In this document: positions 9,283-15,066 of the stretch, one piece after another | Numbering within the stretch: position 1 is the first letter of the stretch | How the letters are laid out: each line of letters begins with the position of its first letter | From: Octopus sinensis | Taxonomy: Eukaryota | Length of the DNA: 15,066 nucleotides | NCBI RefSeq assembly: GCF_006345805.1 | Contig: NW_021825567.1 | Location: 1-15,066, forward strand | Direction: 5' to 3' | Notes under the pieces: generated by a model | What the model was told of the DNA's origin: nothing | Databases searched by the model: none | Seen by the model: the letters and a program-made list of their open reading frames with translations, nothing else | Program-made: the position numbers and the translations under genes

Positions 9283-9480
9283 TTCAGGTACATTTTTTTT
9301 CTCTTCCTAAAATAATTCCCTCCACTTCCATATATTCAGTTTTAATTCTCATTTTTGATTTTCCTCCCTAAACATCGTTTTTTAACGATCAATTTTCTCT
9401 TCTCTCTCTCTCTATTCTCTATCTCTTACATACCTTCTGAATTTGCTTTTTGGGTGGGGAGTTATCCTTCATATCTTATA

Positions 9481-10107
9481 TCTTTTTCTTGTTCCAGTCA
9501 TTAGACTGCGGCCATGCTGGGGCACCGCCTTGAAGAATTTTTAGTCGAATGAACCAACCTCAGTACGTATTTATTTTTTTGGCTTGGTACTTAATCTATC
9601 AGTTTCTTTTGCTGAACCTCTAATTTACGAGGATGTAAACAAACTAGCACCGGTTGTCAAGTGGTCGTGGGAGATAAACAACAAGCATAAAGCCACACAC
9701 GCACACACACACACACAGAGGCTTCTTTCGGTTTCCGTCTATTAAGTTCACTTACAAGGCTGTGGTCGACCCGAGACTATAGTAAAATACACTTGCCCAA
9801 GGTACCATGCAGTGGGTCTGAACCCGGAACCATATGGTTAGGATGTAAGCTTCTTACCACACAGCCACAAGACACTTGCAAAAGGTACCATGCAGTGGGA
9901 CTGAACCCGGAACCATATGGTTAGGATGTAAGCTTCTTACCACACAGCCACAAGACATTGCCAAAGGTACCATGCAGTGGGACTGAACCCGGAACCATAT
10001 GGTTAGGATGTAAGCTTTTTACCACACAACCACAAGACATTGCCAAAGGTACCATGCAGTGGGACTGAACCCGGAACCATATGGCTAGGATGTAAGCTTT
10101 TTACCAC
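9481..10107 (-). mobile_element. SINE family C, near full length, with about 4 tandem copies of its 82-83-bp head
   Basis: Head units start at about 9786, 9869, 9952 and 10034. They are followed on the minus strand by the body, a short CA tract (~9694-9716) and a tail matching 11661-11811. Confidence 0.85.
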
Positions 10108-10329
10108 TTTTTTACACGTGTTCCTAAATTTTATTAGTAGGTCACAATCCGTTTATGTGAACAAGACCACCGTACATCTTTCATACTTTTCTTGATTACC
10201 ATAACCAATTCCATTAAGGCTGCAAGAACGATATAATATCTCACTACGTCGACCTTGTCTACCACAATCCGCCAACATGTGCAATTCCTCGTCGTCTCTT
10301 ATTCCCACTCTTTTGTAATTTAACTATAA

Positions 10330-11360
10330 TAAAACTTTGACTACATCTCGTCTTATTTCATGCCACAGAACATTCTCCTGTTTCATTATACTATAGTTTG
10401 TTAGTATATTGCTTTACATCAGAGTTATACTGCAGATCCTGTATTAGTACAATACATCAAAGATATTAATCAAGACACTCGGTTTATTTGAGCTTGTTTA
10501 TCACCCTTTTTTAATCAACTCTGTAAGACCAATAGATATATTTAACTCCAGTTTATTGGTAGCGTGTTAACAATATGGATTCCCATTCACATGACATAAT
10601 GTTTCTACGCCAACATTCTAACTTTTTTTTTCTTTTGGAAGCACTCCGTCGGTTACGACGACGAGGGTTCCGGTTGATCCGAATCAACAGAACAGCCTGC
10701 TCGTGAAATTAACGTGTAAGTGACTGAGCACTCCACAGACACGTGTACCCTTAACGTAGTTCTCGGGGATATTCAGCGTGACACAGAAAGTGACAAGGCC
10801 GGCCCTTTGAAATACAGGTACAACAGAAACAGGAAGAAAGAGTGAGAGAAAGTTGTTGTGAAAGAGTACAGCAGGGATCACCACCACCCCCTGCCGGAGC
10901 CTCGTGGAGCTTTAGGTGTTTTCGCTCAATAAACACTCACAACGCCCGGTCTGGGAATCGAAACCGCGATCCTACGACCGCGAGACCGCTGCCCTAACCA
11001 CTGGGCCATTGCGCCTCCACGTCAACATTCTAACTGTGATCTCTAACACAATACTGGAATCCTGTAAATTGAATGAACATACTCCAAGTCTTTGAAAGGC
11101 TTTTTGGTATTTTGCCATTCCTAACATGTCTGATTTACAAGAGACCTATTTTAATACTCGCGACCATTTTTGCATACAAATTTTTTTTTATCTCCCGTAA
11201 GACTAGCAACCTAAAATTGGCATCATCCGCTTAATCGCTCAGTTGTATATTCCAATTAATTTTTAGTTTAATCATTTTAATAATAATAATAATCATTATT
11301 CCTGCTCCTTAGATGTAGGTGATAATTCACTTACTCGCCCTGTGGCAAGTATTCTAATTT
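10330..11360 (-). pseudogene. Decayed non-LTR retrotransposon (CR1/L2-like) RT relic, interrupted by the family B SINE
   Basis: In minus-strand order: PQG (11345-11337), *ADDA (TAA GCG GAT GAT GCC, 11233-11219) about 100 nt later, and a KDL(G)-like stretch at ~11093-11082. Many stops and frameshifts; boundaries are approximate. Confidence 0.5.
10624..11018 (-). mobile_element. tRNA-derived SINE family B, full-length with A-rich tail and 17-bp TSD
   Basis: A box TGGCCCAGTGG, B box GGTTTCGATTCC and an A-rich tail. TSD ACGCCAACATTCTAACT (10607-10623) versus ACGTCAACATTCTAACT (11019-11035). Confidence 0.92.
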
Positions 11361-11660
11361 TCCTTTATTTTCCTGTTCGTTCTATCATTTCCTAAACGAT
11401 CAGATTGTTTTATCTCAGCTATCATTTCTACGCCATTAACAATGGTTCATAAAACCTCGTTAATATTTCCAATTTCAGACTGTGTACCGTCGAAACTAGC
11501 GCTAATCTCGTTAACATTTTCACCTAAATATTTTCGCCGTTCATTATTCTACTTTGTATTTAGCTTATTCCATATCTATTATCAATTTGATCCTAATCAA
11601 CGTTTCAATTTTTTTCTTCGCAACAAATAAATATTTACCCTACATATTCGATGAATTAAG

Positions 11661-11811
11661 CTTTTGCTCTTTTACTTAGTTCAGTCATTTTTCTGCGGCC
11701 ATGCTGGAGCACCGCCTTAAAGGGTTTTTAGTCGAAGAAATTGACCCAGGATTTATTTTTTGTAAGCCTAGTACTTATTCTGTCAGTCTCTTTTGCCGGG
11801 CAGCTAGTTAC
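11661..11811 (-). mobile_element. SINE family C 3' fragment (5'-truncated)
   Basis: CAGTCA...CTGCGGCCATGCTGGAGCACCGCCTT...TTTAGTCGAA matches 9496-9628. Confidence 0.8.
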
Positions 11812-11817
11812 ATATTA

Positions 11818-11850
11818 ATATATATGTATGTATGTGTATATCTATGCATG

Positions 11851-11928
<78 letters not shown>

Positions 11929-11960
11929 CCTATCTACTTATCTATCTATCTATCTATCTA

Positions 11961-12022
<62 letters not shown>

Positions 12023-12360
12023 TGTATATATAACATATATATATATATATATATAATATATATATATTATATAATATATTATATACACACCTGTCAGATT
12101 ATCTGTCAGTCTGTCTATCCATTTATCTATGTATCTATGTATCTATCTAGCTACCTACCTTCCCACCTACCCATCTACCCACCCACCCACCTACATACCT
12201 AATACATACATACCTACCTACCTACCTACCTACCTTCCTACCTACCTACCTACCTACCTACCTACCTACCTACCTACTCACCTACCTACCTACCTACCTA
12301 CCTACCTACCTACCTACCTACATACATACATACATATATACATACATGCATACATACATA
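11818..12360. repeat. Compound microsatellite block (TCTA)n, (TA)n, (AG)n, (CCTA)n, (CATA)n
   Basis: Read directly from the sequence. Confidence 0.95.
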
Positions 12361-12499
12361 TGGAGGAAAGTAAGACGAAGTAAGACAAAATACAATAAAG
12401 ACATATTCTATTCATAAAAAGCATCAACGAATTGTCTTCGACGCAAAAAAAAAAAAAATTACAAGTCAGAAAGAAGAAGCAAATTTGAATGGAACTTAC

Positions 12500-13378
12500 T
12501 CGAATACCATTTGCATCCATATAAGTTCGGTAAAGGAGAAGACCAGTCCAGGGCAACTGGCAGACAAGAAAGATAATGACCACATTAATCAACATGATTG
12601 TTATCCTGTTTTGACCACTTCCATGGCGCTGTGCTTGACCAGTTACGTTCGAATTGGCTAATGATCGGCGAATCACAGAAGACTTCCAAACAATGCGTAT
12701 TAGTAGACTGTTGAAGACGGACAGCAAGATCATTGGAATGAAAGTAAAGAAAGACACAAACCACCAATAATATCCGATTTGGTAACTATCAGATTGGGCG
12801 AACTTTGTGTTGTGACAGACAAAGAACACCACTGTTTGATTGTATGTTGATAGTTTCTTCTCAAGAATCTCCATTTCGAAAAGTTCTGGGCTCGTGTTGA
12901 TCAAACAGATTATAAATACTAGAAAAGATATCATTTTTGCTCGGTGTACAGTACACCATATGCGACCCCTCATGGGATAACGAACGCCTACGTATCTTTC
13001 CACGGTAAACGACACCGTCAACCAAACGGCCATGTTGCCGAAGAGGTCGGTGAGAACTCTGGCATATGGCATGTAATAAAACGCAAACTTTGGTTGCTGC
13101 TGGTAAGAACAATGAACAAAGTTTAGAGTGACCATAAAGAATAAATAAAGGAGATCGCACACCGACAAAGCAGTAAGGTAAACATTGGTGGAGCTTTGCA
13201 TACGGCGCCGACTCAGAACGATTATACTCAAAGTGTTGCCCACAAAACCAATGGTTGACACTGTTGGACTTAGGATTTTTTGGACGACGAATCGTGTCAC
13301 TTCTAACACTTCTCTGGCCGTGTCGTTGTCATCATTGACCAGATCTGTAGCAATTGTGATGTTCGAATCGAGTACCAT
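12500..13378 (-). CDS. Class A (rhodopsin-like) peptide GPCR, FMRFamide-receptor-like group; first coding exon (N-terminus to ECL3, TM1-TM6, 293 codons)
   Basis: Motifs: TM1 GFVGN, TM2 LTALSVCDL, TM3 FTVERY, TM5 FIPMILL, TM6 FLVCQLP; N-glycosylation sequons NIT and NDT in the N-terminus. ATG at 13378 is in good context (AATATGG) and is the first ATG after an in-frame TAG at 13432-13430; the track's GTG start at 13384 is not used. A phase-0 donor CGA|GTAAGT lies at 12500/12499. Ligand assignment is family-level inference only. Confidence 0.93.
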
Positions 13379-13480
13379 ATTCACGGCTTCTCTTGTGAAG
13401 ATTAGCTTCCTCGCTACTCCGCTACTCCGCTACTCTGCTACTCCGATTATGGTGTCATCTGTTCAATTGGCAATACCATT
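13379..13480 (-). other. Probable 5' UTR part of the first coding exon, preceded by a splice acceptor
   Basis: Minus strand reads tgttttctttccgttgtAG|AATGG at 13481/13480, with stops in all three frames before the main ATG. This implies an upstream non-coding exon that I could not locate. Confidence 0.6.
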
Positions 13481-13672
13481 CTACAACGGAAAGAAAACAT
13501 TCATTAATGGTTTTATAAACATTAAGGGCTCAATTATTTCATGGTCAATCAAGAATTCCACCCTTTCAAGAATATGTCTTCTGAATATTAACAGTAAACA
13601 TTGTCAGAGGCAGAGATGGTAGATTGGGAAATATGAAGAAATGCCATTGTATAATTGTTATTATATATGTTT

Positions 13673-13970
13673 ACACACACACACACACAAACACACCACC
13701 ACACACGCACACACGCACACCACACAACACATACACCACACAAGCACACAACACGCACACACACACAACGCACGCACACACACACACACGCACACGCACA
13801 CACACCACACACGCACGCCAACACACACACGGGGGGCCGCACACACACACGCGCAAGCACGCACACACACACACGACCACACGCACACACACACACCACA
13901 CACACACGCACACATGTATATATAGATGTGTGTGTGTATTGCGGGCACGGGCGCATGCGTGTGTATGTGT
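13673..13970. repeat. Degenerate (CA)n then (TG)n microsatellite
   Basis: Read directly from the sequence. Confidence 0.93.
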
Positions 13971-14127
13971 ATTTATCACTCACCCAACATAGTGAGTGAA
14001 TAATATTCTTGAAGTCGCTATTTACGTTTTCGGGACCCTTTTTATGCCCCCTAGACAATTGATTTTTTTTGACTAAATTAAATGCGGTTAGGTTCATTAA
14101 AAAGAAATAGTCTCCCGCTATATTTTG

Positions 14128-14660
14128 AGAGATATTATGACAGGAAATTGGTTAGGTACAAAGAAAGGTGACAATGAAATGCGTTTATATATATATACGT
14201 TTATATATTTGTTGTGCAAGATTTTTATGTGAAGTCATGTGTTGAAACAGATATTGTTATATTTCGGAATGGTCATTTTGCCAGTTTAGCCAATAAAGCA
14301 TCAAAATGAACTTTCTAATCTTCCATTTTAAAGGGTTACAGAATTAACACAGGTTATAGGAATATAAACCTTCTTCCAAGAAAATATAGCTTAAACTGTG
14401 CTCTAAATGGCGGTGTAGTCAAATCCTATTTTATGGACTCAACCATGTTCTAAAATAAGTCGAAAGGTAAGCTACTATAAATCGGCACGAACTTTCCGGA
14501 CAACCCAATACAATAAAATTGATGCTTATTGGCTAAACTGGCAAAATGACTATTCCGAAATATAACATATCTGTTTCAACACACGACTTCACATAAAAAA
14601 TCTTGCACAAACAAATATATAAACGTATACATAATACTATATATATATAATATATATATA

Positions 14661-14699
<39 letters not shown>

Positions 14700-14767
14700 T
14701 ATATATATATAAACGCATTTCATTGTCACCTTTTTGTACCTAACCAATTTTCTGTCATAATATCTCT
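14128..14767. repeat. Long, near-identical inverted repeat (foldback/MITE-like): arms 14128-14304 and 14519-14767, 214-bp spacer
   Basis: AGAGATATTATGACAGGAAATTGGTTAGGTACAAAG...GCCAGTTTAGCCAATAAAGCATCAA reappears reverse-complemented; the right arm has an expanded (TA)n tract at ~14630-14710. Confidence 0.93.
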
Positions 14768-15066
14768 AAAAAAAAAAATATATATACAAATATTTTATAA
14801 TTATAAACATAATTATAATTAGGGTTCAGCTAATTGTTTCACTACATACCGAATTTAGAAATAGGAGTTAAAATTCCTTTTCTACTACTATAAGAAATTA
14901 TAGTATAAGAAAATATAGTATAATTATAAAATAACTGCTGCTATATAACTACTTCTAGAGGAAACAGAACACAATGCATGTATCTATTATGCAATTTTAC
15001 TAAGGGAGTTGCAAAAACGATTCCTTACAGCGATTGAACCGTTTTATCCGAAGATTTCTGAATAGA

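Larger units (their letters stand above)
3795..12499 (-). other. 8705-bp GT-AG intron of the GPCR gene
   Basis: GTAAGT donor and polypyrimidine-CAG acceptor with matching phase; the join restores a contiguous TM6-ECL3-TM7. Confidence 0.88.

Noticed and set aside
9786-10107. Regular repeats suggestive of a CRISPR array
   Set aside because: The units are contiguous with no unique spacers, derive from a SINE head, and sit in a eukaryotic context with no cas genes.
10945-11018. tRNA gene
   Set aside because: It has A and B boxes but no clean cloverleaf, and continues into a SINE body with tail and TSD; the same holds for 1824-1890.
13185-13622. 145-aa plus-strand ORF (and the small ORFs within 12585-13160)
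   Set aside because: Antisense or alternate-frame shadows of the GPCR exon with no recognisable motifs.
14825-14850. Minus-strand GAAACAATT resembling the hammerhead 3' half
   Set aside because: No CUGANGA box or helix I partner found.

Overview
Eukaryotic, AT-rich genomic DNA packed with microsatellites and SINEs. The repeat landscape resembles octopus/coleoid cephalopod genomes (my inference). The window holds one spliced gene on the minus strand, a rhodopsin-class peptide GPCR of the FMRFamide-receptor-like group. Coding exon A (13378..12500) and exon B (3794..3525) join in phase 0 across an 8705-bp GT-AG intron to give a complete 382-aa 7TM protein. The intron and flanks carry three tRNA-type SINE families with modular heads and tails, head-to-tail SINE concatemers, two decayed RT relics, two foldback structures and many microsatellites. 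The least expected signal is a set of type I hammerhead-ribozyme motifs of the Penelope-like-element (PLE)/retrozyme architecture inside the intron: one with an intact core (4596-4686), a decayed sister about 370 bp upstream, and a decayed one at the outer end of an inverted repeat. That inverted repeat's loop holds a TSD-flanked chimeric SINE with a 125-bp GC-rich leader of unknown origin. Nearly all other ORFs in the track are microsatellite or SINE artefacts.
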